Shown here in pieces: positions 1-12,814 of a DNA stretch of 64,000 bases. Made by a program: the position numbers and the translations under genes. The notes under the pieces were generated by a model, which did no database searches, was not told the origin of the DNA, and saw nothing but the letters and a program-made list of their open reading frames with translations. Position 1 is the first letter of the stretch; every line of letters starts with the position of its first letter. Origin of the DNA: Mobula hypostoma (Eukaryota); contig NC_086097.1 of assembly GCF_963921235.1 (NCBI RefSeq), positions 60,018,001 through 60,082,000 of the forward strand, given 5' to 3'.

Positions 1-620
1 ACAATCTTTATCAATGATATGAATGAGGGCATCGAGTGTAATATGTTTAGGTTTTCTAATGATACAAAAATCTGTGCTAGTGAGAGCTATGAGGAGAATG
101 TTGAAGGGCGTCAAGGGATCTAGGCAGTTTGACTAGATGGGTAAGTGCATGGGAAAAGTGAATCAATGTGGTAATGTGACACTGTGCACTATCATTATAA
201 ATTGGAAGGTAAAGCATTTCTAAATGATTAGCAGATCAGAAGCTGATGGATGCTTTTGTATATTAACCACTAAGGGTTTGCATACAGCAGGAAAGATTAA
301 TATTATGTTGCATTTTATCATAAGAGGATTTGAATACAAGAATAAAGATGCCATACTGCAATCACATGGTTTGCTGGTGAGCCCACACCTGGAATATTAT
401 TCACAGGTCTGATCTCCTACCTCGGACGTAGAGATATAGAGGAATGTAAGGAAAGTTTACCATGATAATATTTGGGGTTGGAGTGTGGACTTGTCCTTTG
501 AGGAATGATTTTGAGCCAATAATTACTAGAAATTATAAGAATGAGATTTGTACTCATAGAAAATATAAGTTTCTTACCTTTTTGACGGTGTAGAGGCAGG
601 GAAGGCTTCTAGCTGAGAAG
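1..620 (+). mobile_element. Old, degenerate CR1 LINE fragment (RT C-terminal half)
   Basis: Starts with a decayed 'TIFIND...KFADDTK' coding region. ORF 224..412 has RGFEYKNKDAILQ...LVSPHLEY, matching the CR1 copy at 10808..11590. CR1 sequence resumes briefly at ~1140-1230. Confidence 0.8.
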
Positions 621-624
621 TCAG

Positions 625-1135
625 AAGTTGGGTTTATTGTCATATCCTCAAGGACATGTATGCACAGATAAGCACATCATGTATGCTACCTGCAGCATCA
701 CACACACATAACATCAGATACACAATGTTGACGAATAAAGCATAAATTATACATATTTTTTAAGAAAGAATACAATTGAAAGCAGAAACAGTCAGTTGCA
801 CTGCAAAGCAGTCAGTCCTTGCTATACCAAGACAGTGATTAGTGTTGAGTCAATAACCAGATGATTGAAGGGAAGTAACTGCTCTTGAACCTGATAGTGT
901 GGGACTTCAGGCTTCTGTATCTCCTGCCCAGAGGCTGCAAAAGATAGCATGACCCAAATGGTGAGGACCTTTGATGATGGATGTTGCCTTCTTCAGGAGC
1001 TTTATGTAGTTGCTACTGGTGATGGGAAAGAAGTGGCTATGATGAATGAGGCTGAATCCACTACTGTCTGCAGTTTCTTGTGTGTACCTGTGTTTAAATT
1101 GCTGTATGAGACCATGAAGCAGTCAGTCACGACAC
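625..1135 (-). mobile_element. Rex1/Babar-type LINE 3' fragment nested in the old CR1
   Basis: Reverse-strand similarity to the Rex1-like 3' ends at 31790-32290 and 40770-41300 (e.g. 'gggacttcaggcttctgtatctcctgcc'). Confidence 0.6.
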
Positions 1136-1229
1136 TGGCTTAGGTATCCAGATGAGGTGAGACAAAATTTCTTAACCCATCAGGTGCTGAGTCTTTGGAA
1201 TTCATTGTGTAAGAGGGCTGTGGAGATTT

Positions 1230-2470
1230 ATTTTCTTGCAGGCATTTACAGGAAAATAAAGAAATGCAATTAAATTTATGAAAAGCTAAAGGCTGATGAA
1301 CAACCAATGTGAAAAAGAAGACAAACTGTGCACATTTAAAAAAATAATATTACCGAGAACATGAGTTATAGAACCCATGAAGGTGAGTCAGTAGGTTATG
1401 GAATAAGGTTATACTTTATACTTTATTGTTGCCAAACAATTGATACTAGAACGTACAATGATCACAGTGATATTTGATTCTGCGCTTCCCGCTCCCTGGA
1501 GTATAGTTTAGAAAGTAGAGATGAGTGAAGTTATTGCTGCTAGTCCAAGAACCTGATGGTTGTAGGGTAATAATTGCTCCTCAGCTGAGAGACATGGGAC
1601 CTAAGGTTCCAATACCCCTTGTCTGATGGTAGTAGTGAAAAGAGTGGGGGTCCTTGATGATGGATATGGTTTCATGTGGCAATGCTCTTTTGTAAGTGTG
1701 CTCACTAGTGAGGAGGGTTTTGCCTGTGATGGACTGGGCTGTATCCATCACTTTCTGTAGACTTTTCCAGTCCTGGGCATTGGTATTTCCATATCAGGTC
1801 ATGATGTCGCCAGTTAGGATACTCTCAAATCTGCACCTATAGAAGAGGAGTTTTCAAAGTTTTAGATGCTGAATCTACACAAACTTCTAAGAAAGTAGAG
1901 GTGCTGTCATGCCTTCTTTATGATGACGCTTACATTCTGGTCCTCGAACAGATCCCCTTATATGATAATGCAAAGGGACTTAATGTTACTGATCCTCTCC
2001 ACCTCTGATCACCTAATGAGGACTGGCTCATGGACCTCCGGCTTCTTCTTCCTCCAATCAATTGTCAGCTCTTTGGTTTTGCTGATATTAAATGAGAGGT
2101 TGATGCTCTGGCACCATCCAATCAGAATTCTGAATCTCCCTCCCATATGCCAATTTGTCACTACCTTTGATTCGGCCAACAGTGGTGCCGTCAGCAAACT
2201 TAGATATGGTATTGGAGTTGTACTTAGCCACTTAATCAAAGAGCTGATGTGGGAAGAGCAGGGAGCTATGCACACCCTTGTGGTGTACCTGTACTGATGG
2301 CGATTGTGGAGGAGATATTGTTGCCAATCTGTACTGACTGGGCTCTGCAAGTGAGGAGATTGAGGATCCATTTGCACTGGGAGGTATTGAGACATAAGTC
2401 TGGGAGCTTAGATATTAGTTTGAAGAGGGTGTTAGAGTTAAATGCTGAACTATACTCAATGATTAGCACA
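1230..2470 (-). mobile_element. Rex1/Babar-type LINE fragment (RT and 3' end), degenerate
   Basis: ORFs 2266..2469 (YSSAFNS...LISKL...STGTPQGC) and 2009..2395 (WCQSINLSFNISKTKELTIDWRK) are Rex1-type RT motifs. Confidence 0.8.
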
Positions 2471-2689
2471 GGTCTTCAGTACTTGGACATGTATTCAATC
2501 AGGGCCAGATGTTTTCACATGCGAGATGGCTCTTTGGATGTCCTACCTGATGTCTTCTACTTTCCTGGTTCGCCAGTCCTGAACCATTCTTCGTCAAAGG
2601 AGTCCCGGCTACAAATTGTGTCCACTTCAAAGAATTTTAACATGCTGATTTCTCAGGAAATTATGAGAACATAGGTTAGTCTTTATTTA

Positions 2690-3135
2690 AGTTGTGCTTC
2701 CCAATCTAAGGCTGGATATACTTACTTTGAAGGTGTACAGTAACAGCTCATTAGACAGATACCTGAGTTTTGATGATTGTCCTGTAAGAAAACTAGAATT
2801 GCATTTCCCAAAGGTTAGAAGAGTGATGGTTGATGGCTTTGAAACATAACAGGGAGCCTGATAGGCTACTCTGAGGTTTGTTAACCCCAGCTGCAGGCTT
2901 TGAAATTTGGGGTCACCATCTCAGGATGAAGGGAATGATCATTTAGAATTGAAACAAGACAATATTTATTCCTCATAGAGTTTGAGAATATTTGAAATTG
3001 TTTAACCCAAAAGGCTCAAATGTTAGTATTCAAGACAAAGATTGAAAGGATAAAAAGAGACATGGAACTGAATTGAAAGTTCAACTGTGATCTAAGTGCT
3101 TCAAGGAGAAGACCCAAAGGGCTGAATGACATGAA
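2690..3135 (+). mobile_element. Highly degenerate CR1 3' fragment
   Basis: Decayed similarity to the CR1 ORF2 C-terminus and 3' UTR, ending 'aaagggctgaatg'. Confidence 0.5.
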
Positions 3136-3224
3136 AAGGTGCATTAATATGTTGTCTTTCTTAAACTTGGAACATCTCATTTTTTATTATTAATAGTAAT
3201 TTTGAATTGTAGCAATATCAGAAG

Positions 3225-3520
3225 TTCTGCCCACAGCAAATTCCCCCAAACACCAATGGTTTAATGATGTTGATTGAGGATTGTTATATCACCAGGGACA
3301 CTGGGATAAATCTTTTGTTTTTCTTCAGTATAGGACAATGGATTATTTTAATCCCACCATAGAGAGTTTAACAGGCCCTTACTTAATGACTTGACATTAA
3401 AAGCATCACCGCACTTTAGCACTAGAAGTGAAGTATTCCTCACTGCCGCACACAAAGGTCAGCCTATGTCATTGTGCTTAAGTCTTTGGAATGGAATTTA
3501 AACTTCTGACTTAGACATTG
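3225..3520 (-). mobile_element. Ancient Deu-domain SINE (SacSINE1/AmnSINE-like), degenerate
   Basis: Motifs recalled from the Deu-SINE reverse strand: 'cacagcaaattcccccaaacacc...gatgttgattgagg...ccagggacactggg...gtcagccta...tgtgcttaagtctttggaatgg'. Recalled, not aligned. Confidence 0.55.
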
Positions 3521-3991
3521 GGCAGTCAGCAGCCAAACCCTGCTTCTCTGTTTGGTATGTTCTTTCTGTTGTGAAAATGATTGTTGCATCATTTAAATGA
3601 GTACTCCAAACAAGATGTCCATCTTAATCCACAAAATGTGATTCAAAGACATTTTAATTATCATTGCAGCATGAAGTTTTATTTATAAGACTTCTGCCTC
3701 ACATCCATCAGCTGGAAAGCATGAATGATATTTATAAAACCCACCAATTAGGACATTACTCAAATTATTTTAACACTGATATCTATTATTATTGATAAGA
3801 TGTAATAAGTATTAGTTCCAGTAATATAGACATAATATGTAAGTAATCTTTCTAGATCTTAATCCCTTTATCAGAACGAGAATAACATCTTCTGTTCAGA
3901 TGTTGCTACTGAAAGTACATGATCTGATTACTCACCTCATTAAAGCTTGTGGGGCCTTGCTACATGATATAACTATCACTAGTCTATATTA

Positions 3992-5594
3992 TAAACCCCA
4001 TTTCCAGAAAAGTTGGGATATTTTCCAAAATGCAATAAAAACAAAAATTTGTGATATGTTAATTCACGTGAACCTTTATTTAACTGATAAAAGTACAAAG
4101 AAAAGATTTTCAATAGTTTTACTGACCAACATAATTGTATTTTGTAAATATACACAAATTTAGAATTTGATGGCTGCAACACACTCAGCAAAAGTTGGGA
4201 CAGAGTTAAAATAAGATTGAAAAGTGCACAGAATATTCAAGTAACACCGGTTTGGAAGACTCCACATTATGCAGGCTAATTGGTAGCAGGCGAGGTATCG
4301 TGACTAGGTATAAAAGTAGCGTCCATCAAAGGCTCAGTATTTGCAAGCAAGGATGGGTCGTGGCTCACCCCTTTGTGCCAAAATTCGTGAGAGAATTGTT
4401 AGTCAGTTCAAAAGGAACATTTCTCAATGCAAGATTGCAGAGAATTTAGGTCTTTCAACATCTACAGTACATGATATTGTGAAAAGATTCAGAGAATTCG
4501 GAGACATCTCAGTGCGTAAAGGGCAAGGTCGGAAACCACTGTTGAATGCCCGTGGTCTTCGAGCCCTCAGGCGGCACTGTCTAAGAAACCCTCATGCTAC
4601 TGTGACAATTATAGCCACCTGGGCTCGGGAGTACTTCAGAAAATCATCGTCACTCAACACTGACTGTTGCTGCATCTAGAAATGCAACTTGAAACTGTAT
4701 TACGTAAGGAGGAAGCCATACATCAACTCTATGAAGAAACACTGGCGAGTTCTCTGGGCCCGAGCTCATCTCAGATGGACCGAAAGACTGTGAAACCGTG
4801 TGCTGTGGTCAGATGAGTCCATATTTCAGCTAGTTTTCAGAAAAAACAGGCGTCGAGTTCTCCATGCCAAATAGGAAAACAACCATCCAGATTGTTATCA
4901 GTGAAAGGTGCAAAAGCCAGCATCTGTGATGGTATGGGGGTGCATCAGTGCCCACGGCATGGGTGAGTTGCATGTATGTGAAGGTACCATTGACTCTGAG
5001 GCATATATTAGGATTTTAGAGAGACATGTGTTGCCATCAAGGCGACGTCTCTTCCCGGGACATCCATGCTTATTTCAGCAGGACAATGCCAGACCACATT
5101 CTGCACGGGCTACAACAGCGTGGTTTTGTAGACACAGGGTGCATGTGCTTGACTGGCCTGCTGCCAGTCCAGATCTATCTCCTATTGAAAATTTATGGCG
5201 CATCATGAAGAGGAAAATCAGACAACGGAGACCACGGACTGTTGAGCAGCTGAAGTTTTATATCAAGCAAGAATGGACAAAATTTCCAATTGCAAATCTA
5301 CGACAATTAGTATCCTCAGTTCCAAAACGATTAAAAAGTGTTATTAAAAGGAAAGGTGATGGAACACAATGGTAAACATGCCACTGTCCCAACTTTTGTT
5401 GAGTGTGTTGCAGCCATCAAGTTCTAAATTTGTGTATGTTTACAAAATACAATTAAGTTGGTCAGTAAAACTATTGAAAATCTTTTCTTTGTACTTTTGT
5501 CAGTTAAATAAAGGTTCATGTGAATTAACATATCACAGATTTTTGTTTTTATTGCATTTTGGAAAATATACCACTTTTCTGGAAATGGGGTTTG
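3992..5594 (+). mobile_element. Full-length Tc1 DNA transposon (DD34E) with ~210-bp TIRs and TA target duplication
   Basis: Left end TA|taaaccccatttccagaaaagt is the reverse complement of right end acttttctggaaatggggtttg|TA. TIRs at ~3992-4203 and ~5384-5594. The internal repeat AAAAGTTGGGA occurs at both ends of the left TIR. Confidence 0.97.
4353..5375 (+). pseudogene. Tc1 transposase, 340-codon frame interrupted by several nonsense codons
   Basis: ATG 4353 to TAA 5375 in one frame. Paired-like HTH (IAENLGLSTSTVHDIVKRF), GRKP, WSDES, VMVWGCIS, FQQDNARPH and SPDLSPIENLW, with 34 residues between the second D and E. First in-frame stop at 4677-4679. Confidence 0.95.
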
Positions 5595-5599
5595 TAATT

Positions 5600-5900
5600 C
5601 ATAGAATTATTCAGCACAGAAACAGGCTGTTCAGACCATTAATTCATGTTGATCAATAAGCACCTAATTATTCTAAGCCCATTTATTCTCTCCACATTCC
5701 TCAGAAACACACCCAGATTCTACCACTCACCTGAACTAAAAGGGCAATGTACTTGGGCCAATTAACCAATCAATCCAGCAGCCTTTGGATTGTGGGAGGT
5801 AATTGGAATGCCCAGAGGAAGCCTATGCAGTCGCAGGGAGAGAATCCAAACCTCTGATGTCGCCTGTGTGGAACAAACCCATGTATCATTGTGCTACCAT
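5600..5900 (-). mobile_element. V-domain SINE (HE1-like) with CR1-like tail, degenerate
   Basis: 'ctttggattgtgggaggtaattggaatgcccagaggaagcctatgcagtcgcagggagagaa' resembles the reversed V-SINE core. A reversed CR1-type 3' end lies at 5600-5655. Confidence 0.6.
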
Positions 5901-6625
5901 GTTTGGTGAAGTCCTACATAACATTTCTGTGAGATGTGCTACAGCATTGTACGGGAGTATTGTGAAGGGGAAAAAATATTTCATGTTGTATTTAGTAATT
6001 GGAGTAACATGAAAAGTTTCCTTTCGAGAGAGATCCTGGCAATTTACAACAACGGATCATTAAATTAAACCAATTTTCAGGCAGTTTTAAAAATAAATAC
6101 CAACATTCTCAAATGATGAACGACTTGGAGACATAACACACTATCTTCGGTTTTTTGTAGGACCCCAGTGGGAATTATCGTGGTGAGGTAACATGAGCCA
6201 GTTTCTAATCTATTCATAGGGTTTAGTGAGAATCCTTGAGGTTTTGAATCGAATGAATAGGCTTTCATTTGACAGTTTCTCAGACATCATCAGTAATACC
6301 GGGTGCCACAGTGCCTCCATTTCTCGATTACTGATTCTCAAACATATTGGATGTAATAACTTAATCTGCCAAAGAATGTGGTTTATTCATGACACCTTTT
6401 AAAGATCCAGTCAGTTGCCTTATAGTCGCTGTCGTTCTAACATTTGCCTCCAGGATTTTTCTTCATCTAAAACTTGTTGCAGCACCAACCATCATCAGTC
6501 ACATGAAGGAATCCTTAAAGGGTGACAACATTAAACCAACAATCATGTCCATTGATTAATATTGCAAGGATGTTTTGTGGAACCCAAACCACTATTATCA
6601 TGAAGAAATAATTAGTACCAATTTC

Positions 6626-7120
6626 AGAATCAGAATCGGGTTTAATATCACTGGCATGTGTCATGAAATTTGTTGTTTTATAGGAGCAGTACAGTGCAAT
6701 ACATACAAAACTAATAATTACAATAAGAAATATATAGATTCAAAAATTAAATAAGTGGTGCAAGGGAGCAAAGAAATAGTGAGGTAGTGTTCATGGGTTG
6801 GTTCATTACCCATTCAGAATTCTTACAGTGGAGGGGAAAAAGCTGTTTCTAAAACATTGAGTGTGTGTAATCAGGCTTTTGCACCTCCTCCCTCATGGTA
6901 GCAATGAGAAGAGGGCATGTTCTGGGTAAATCAGGTCCTTAATGATGGATGCCGCCTTTTTGAGGCATTGCCTTTTGAAGGTCTGCTTGATGCTGGAGAG
7001 GCTAGCAGCCATGATGAAGCTGTCTGAGTTTGCAGCTTTAACTGATCCTGTGCAGTGTCCCCTCCATACCTGATGGTGACACAACCAATTAGAAAGCTCT
7101 ACATAGTACACCTGCACAAC
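6626..7120 (-). mobile_element. Rex1-type LINE 3' end with (ATTCTG)n tail
   Basis: 'cagaatcagaatc' tail on the + strand. ORF 6893..7117 has CLKKAASIIKD...HALFSLLP. Confidence 0.85.
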
Positions 7121-7987
7121 TATGCCAGAATCTACAACTTACATTTAATATACAAAGCTGTCCTAAACATCCTTAAAGCAGTGTAATTACAAAATATCAA
7201 GTATAGGATAAAAATATGATAGGGAGTAAGAAGAGGATTAGGAGTCTAAGTTACCAGAATTTAACATTGGAGATGAGTAAATGAATTGTGCTTGTGCACC
7301 TCTCCATTAGCACAGGTACATTGACAGAAATTATTAGTGAATGGCTCTTACTGATTGGAGCAGTCCCAGCAATAATGGAGATCTGAGAGTAAAACAGTGT
7401 ACTTGTAACATTCCTAGAAGGAAAGAAATACATGATTAGTCTCAATGATGGATACAAGAATTCACATTTCCAGAGCCTTATTTTGAATTATGATTGGATA
7501 AAATCAGGCTGTTATAGAGAGAATGGTGATAGCTTCCATGTTGTTAGTTTGAGATCACTGTAAAGTGTGTTGAGTTTATTATTTATATCTCTTGCAAGCT
7601 GCCAGTATTTTCTCTTAAGCTGGAGACAACCACAACGGACAATACCACTGAACAGATCAAGAGCACAATCACAAGACACTGCTGATTTTGGTTACATACA
7701 GTGCTGTATTTTTTTTTATTTATCAAACTGTTCCAATGAAGTTAATCCACGTTAATTAATTACATTCATAATTTTGAATTCAGTCTCTTGATACACTTCA
7801 TCTAACTCAACTGTTATTAAATCCTTAGACTCCTTAATTCAAGCATACTTGATGCATGCAAGTTCTTTTCTAAAATGTTAGAAGTTATAGGGAAAGGTTG
7901 GCCAGGCAAGGCCTTTGTTCCTGGAAATGTAGAAGAATCAGGGGCGACCTTACAGCAATGTTTAAAATTATGAGGGACATTGATGGG

Positions 7988-8640
7988 GTTCAAAGGTTCA
8001 ATTTAATGTCAGAGGAATGTATACAATATACATCCTAAAATGCTTTTTCTTCACAAAACATCCACAAAAACAGAGAAGTGCCCCAAAGAATGAACGACAG
8101 TTAAACATGAGAACCCCAAAGTACCCCCCAGCTCCCCTCTCCTGCAAGCAAGTGACGGCGAGCAACAATCCCTTTTCTCCCACCGGCAAAATGAAAAATA
8201 CACCTGCTACTGAGCACAAGCATGAGCTAAGCGATAGCAAAGACACAGAGACCTTGCAGTTACCCTAAATATTATTGCATCTCATCTGACATTCGGCAAC
8301 CCACAGGTTCTCTTTCTCCCTAATAAGGGAGAGGGAGGTGTCCACCATTTTCACAGCGAGTGGGAGACATAACAACAACCCGCTGGTTTACTATGTTAAA
8401 AAGTCTGTTTTGTCACTTTTTACGAGCTCTGTGCCCGATGATATCAAAGATCTCGAGTCTTCGGGCCCACAGCAAAAGATCTTCCAGCCTCCCCGATGAC
8501 AAATGAGTCTCCTGCCATGACACCGTCCCTCGAACCGCCCGTCTCCAGAGCCCCAAGATCTTAGGCTTCCAAACACTAGGCCACTTCTCAGGCCTACCCC
8601 TTGGCATGCTGAACAATGGCCTGTCCTGAAACCCTGAGAA
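7988..8640 (-). mobile_element. Non-coding retroposon, same family as 58670-59520
   Basis: The reverse complement matches 59075-59520 in blocks (e.g. 'cagcgggttgttgttatgtctcccactcgctgtgaaa', 'tgtatattgtatacatt..tctgacatta'). Short tandem tail (TTGAACCT). Confidence 0.7.
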
Positions 8641-9553
8641 GTGCCTATATCCGTGCTGTGTTGCTTTATAACTATATGGCAATTATACCACTATTAAATT
8701 TTTTCACATTTTTTTCTGAGGCATGTTGATTCTGTTATATATTTTCAAAATGTTCAATGACTTTGTTTTCTTTGAACTAATCTACACTTAATGCTTTCAA
8801 AGGGCTTGTTCAAGAACACTTCAGCATCTACTGAGAAGCAGCATAGCCTGTTACCATCTGTTGTATCTTAACCCCAGTTGTTCCTAGAGGCTGTATGATA
8901 AAAATATGAAGAAGGGATTTCAGTGATACTGCCTCTGACAGCTCTCCATTTGCAAAGACTGCATAGGTAAATCAACACCACCAAAAGCTGGATCTGAACT
9001 TTTTAAAAAAATATGAGTTTTGTACCATGGAATTCATTGTGGGATTTATGAAATGAGGTGACCCAAAATTGGTCTGAACTCTTTATCTTCCATCTCACTA
9101 ACTAATTGTATGATTAATATAACGTCTTCTCTCAGAGGCTCAAGACCTTGAGGAATTCTTTGCTTTAGGTAGCTAAGACCAACCATTGAATACATTCAAG
9201 GCAGAGATTGACAGATTACTTGAACTAAAAAAAAATATTTGTAGGAAAATGAAGTTGAGGTCAAGACTTGTTCAGATCTTAAGGAAAGGTGGAGTTCGGG
9301 GCTGTCTGGGTATTCTTGTTTCTGTTTATTGTGTTTGAATGTTCCAAATTATTTTGAACAGATATTTTATAAACATGATTTTTTTTGGATTCAATTATCA
9401 AAGACAATACCTGGTCCACTAATAGAAGTCATTGTTAAAGATAACCAATTTGACTTGAATTTTATTATAAAAACTTTAAAACTAATTTAAATTACTTCTG
9501 ATAAGGAGTGATGTCTGTTCACAGATGCTGCATGACCGACCTGCTGAGGTTTT

Positions 9554-11688
9554 AAAGGTTGCAAGCATTTAAAGGTTGCATGGATGAACTACAACAATTG
9601 TTCATCCCAGTTTGGCAAAAGAATAAATCAAGGAAGGTAGTGCACCCGTGGCTGACAAGAGAAATTAGGGATAGTATCAATTCCAAAGAAGTAGCATACA
9701 AATTAGCCAGAGAAAGTGGCTCACCTGAGGACTGGGAGAAATTCAGAGTTCAGCAGAGGAGGACAAAGGGCTTAATTAGGAAGGGGAAAAAAGATTATGA
9801 GAGAAAACTGGCAGAGAACATAAAAACGGACTGTAAAAGCTTTTATAGATATGTAAAAAGGAAAAGACTGATAAAGACAAATGTAGGTCCTCTGCAGACA
9901 GAAACAGGTGAATTGATTATGGGGAGCAAGGACATGGCAGACCAATTGAATAATTACTTTGGTTCTGTCTTCACTAAGGAGGACATAAATAATCTTCCAG
10001 AAATAGTAAGGGACAGAGGGTCCAGTGAGATGGAGGAACTGAGTGAAATACATGTTAGTAGGGAAGTGGTGTTGGGTAAATTGAAGGGATTGAAGGCAGA
10101 TAAATCCCCAGGGCCAGATGGTCTGCATCCTAGAGTGCTTAAGGAAGTAGCCCAAGAAATAGTGGATGCATTAGTGATAATTTTTCAAAACTCATTAGAT
10201 TCTGGACTAGTTCCTGAGGATTGGAGGGTGGCTAATGTAACCCCACTTTTTAAAAAAGGAGGGAGAGAGAAACCGGGGAATTATAGACCGGTTAGCCTAA
10301 CGTCGGTGGTGGGGAAACTGCTGGAGTCAGTTATCAAGGATGTGATAACAGCACATTTGGAAAGCGGTGAAATGATCGGACAAAGTCAGCATGGATTTGT
10401 GAAAGGAAAATCATGTCTGACGAATCTCATAGAATTTTTTGAGGATGTAACTAGTAGAGTGGATAGGGAGAACCAGTGGATGTGGTATATTTGGATTTTC
10501 AAAAGGCTTTTGACAAGGTCCCACACAGGAGATTAGTGTGCAAACTTAAAGCACACGGTATTGGGGGTAAGGTATTGGTGTGGGTGGAGAATTGGTTAGC
10601 AGACAGGAAGCAAAGAGTGGGAATAAAGGGGACCTTTTCAGAATGGCAGGCGGTGACTAGTGGGGTACCGCAAGGCTCAGTGCTGGGACCCCAGTTGTTT
10701 ACAATATATATTAATGACTTGGATGAGGGAATTAAATGCAGCATCTCCAAGTTTGCGGATGACACGAAGCTGGGTGGCAGTGTTAGCAGTGAGGAGGATG
10801 CTAAGAGATGCAGGGTGACTTGGATAGGTTGGGTGAGTGGGCAAACTCATGGCAGATGCAATTTAATGTGGATAAATGTGAAGTTATCCACTTTGGTGGC
10901 AAAAATAGGAAAACAGATTATTATCTGAATGGTGGCCGATTAGGAAAAGGGGAGATGCAACGAGACCTGGGTGTCATTATGCACCAGTCATTGAAAGTGG
11001 GCATGCAGGTACAGCAGGCGGTGAAAAAGGCGAATGGTATGCTGGCATTTATAGCGAAAGGATTCGAGTACAGGAGCAGGGAGGTACTACTGCAGTTGTA
11101 CAAGGCCTTGGTGAGACCACACCTGGAGTATTGTGTGCAGTTTTGGTCCCCTAATCTGAGGAAAGACATCTTTGCCATAGAGGGAGTACAAAGAAGGTTC
11201 ACCAGATTGATTCCTGGGATGGCAGGACTTTCATATGAAGAAAGACTGGATGAACTGGGCTTGTACTCGTTGGAATTTAGAAGATTGAGGGGGGATCTGA
11301 TTGAAACGTATAAGATCCTAAAGGGATTGGACAGGCTAGATGCAGGAAGATTGTTCCCGATGTTGGGGAAGTCCAGAACGAGGGGTCACAGTTTGAGGAT
11401 AGAGGGGAAGCCTTTTAGGACCGAGATTAGGAAAAACTTCTTCACACAGAGAGTGGTGAATCTGTGGAATTCTCTGCCACAGCAAACTGTTGAGGCCAGT
11501 TCATTGGTTATGTTTAAGAGGGAGTTAGATATGGCCCTTGTGGCTACAGGGGTCAGGGGGTATGGAGGGAAGGCTGGGGCGGGGTTCTGAGTTGGATGAT
11601 CAGCCATGATCATAATAAATGGCGGTGCAGGCTCGAAGGGCCGAATGGCCTACTCCTACACCTATTTTCTATGTTTCTATGTTTCTAT
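9554..11688 (+). mobile_element. Very young 5'-truncated CR1 LINE with (TTTCTATG)3 tail, inserted into a Penelope-derived tail
   Basis: ORF2 homology throughout and an octamer tail at 11666-11689. The host motif 'ctgctgaggttt|tccagcattttt' is split by the insertion. Possible GTTTT TSD at 9549-9553 and 11689-11693. Confidence 0.95.
9559..11590 (+). pseudogene. CR1 ORF2 reverse transcriptase (lacks APE domain; two -1 frameshifts, no nonsense codons)
   Basis: ORFs 9559..10536, 10476..10928 and 10808..11590 chain together: [57 protein letters not shown]. Confidence 0.95.
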
Positions 11689-12109
11689 GTTTTCCAGCAT
11701 TTTCTATTTCTAATTCAAATTACCAACTCTGCAATGTTATTGATTTTTGTTTTAAATATTTCAGAGCAAGACTACAGCTGCATTTATCTACCCTAGGTTT
11801 ACTGTTCCAAACTGAGTCTTAATGCATCAACAATTAATGTATTACATAGTTCATATTTTGCTTTTAGTAATTAGGCTAAATAATAGTTGACCTGTCAATG
11901 ATAATTTCACCCAATTTATGTAAAGAAAGAAGTCCACTTTTTCGGAGACATCTCAAAACCAATTAATTTGGAAACCACCACAGTATTCCATAGTTTCTAT
12001 TATCTATGGAGTATTGTGGTAACTGCCAGATTAATAACAAGAAAAATTAATGTCCCAGAATGAACTTTTGGCCTCCCACATATGTCACAAAAGCTGCATA
12101 TTAGAGGCA

Positions 12110-12745
12110 GAGAGAAGTACAACACAGAAAAAGGCCCTTCACTCTGTCTAGTCCATGCTGAAATGTAGTTCCTCCTTGTCCCATCAACCAGAAATTGGAC
12201 TGCAGCCCCCCATACTTCCCCCATCCATGTACTTATCCAAACTTCTGTTAAATGTTATAATCAAACCTGCATCTATCACTTCCACTGGCACTCTCACACC
12301 AACTTCTGAGTGGAAAGGTTTCCCTTAAATATTTTACCTTTCACCCTAACCTATGAACTCTAGTTTGAGTCTCACCCAATCTCAGTGGAAAAAGCCTGCT
12401 TATATTAACCCTATCTATACTCCTCATAATTTTGCATTCAACTCTAAATATTCCCACATTTTCTTATACTCCAGGGAATCCTACTCATTCAACCTTTCAT
12501 TATAACTCACATCCTCAAATTCTAGCAACATCCTTCTAAACTTTCTCTGTACTCTTTCAATCTTATTAATATCTTTCCTGTAGCCAGGTAACCAGAACTT
12601 TATTCAATAGTCCAAATCTGTCCTCACCAATGTCTTATACAAATTCAACGTGACATCCCAGCTCCTATATTTGATACTTTGATTTATGAAGGTCAATGTG
12701 CAAAAGCTCTCTTTACGACCCTAACTACCTGTGACACCACTTTCT
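12110..12745 (-). mobile_element. Older CR1 3' fragment
   Basis: Reversed CR1 3' UTR ('aacacagaaaaaggcccttc') and decayed ORF2 C-terminus. Confidence 0.75.
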
Positions 12746-12814
12746 AGCAATAATGGATTTGCATTCTTCCATATTATTCGGTATTCCTCCATATTCCTTT
12801 ATAGCAGTGGCTCC

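Noticed and set aside
9772..11613. Several minus-strand ORFs over the young CR1, and similar ones over other LINEs
   Set aside because: Antisense shadows of ORF2.
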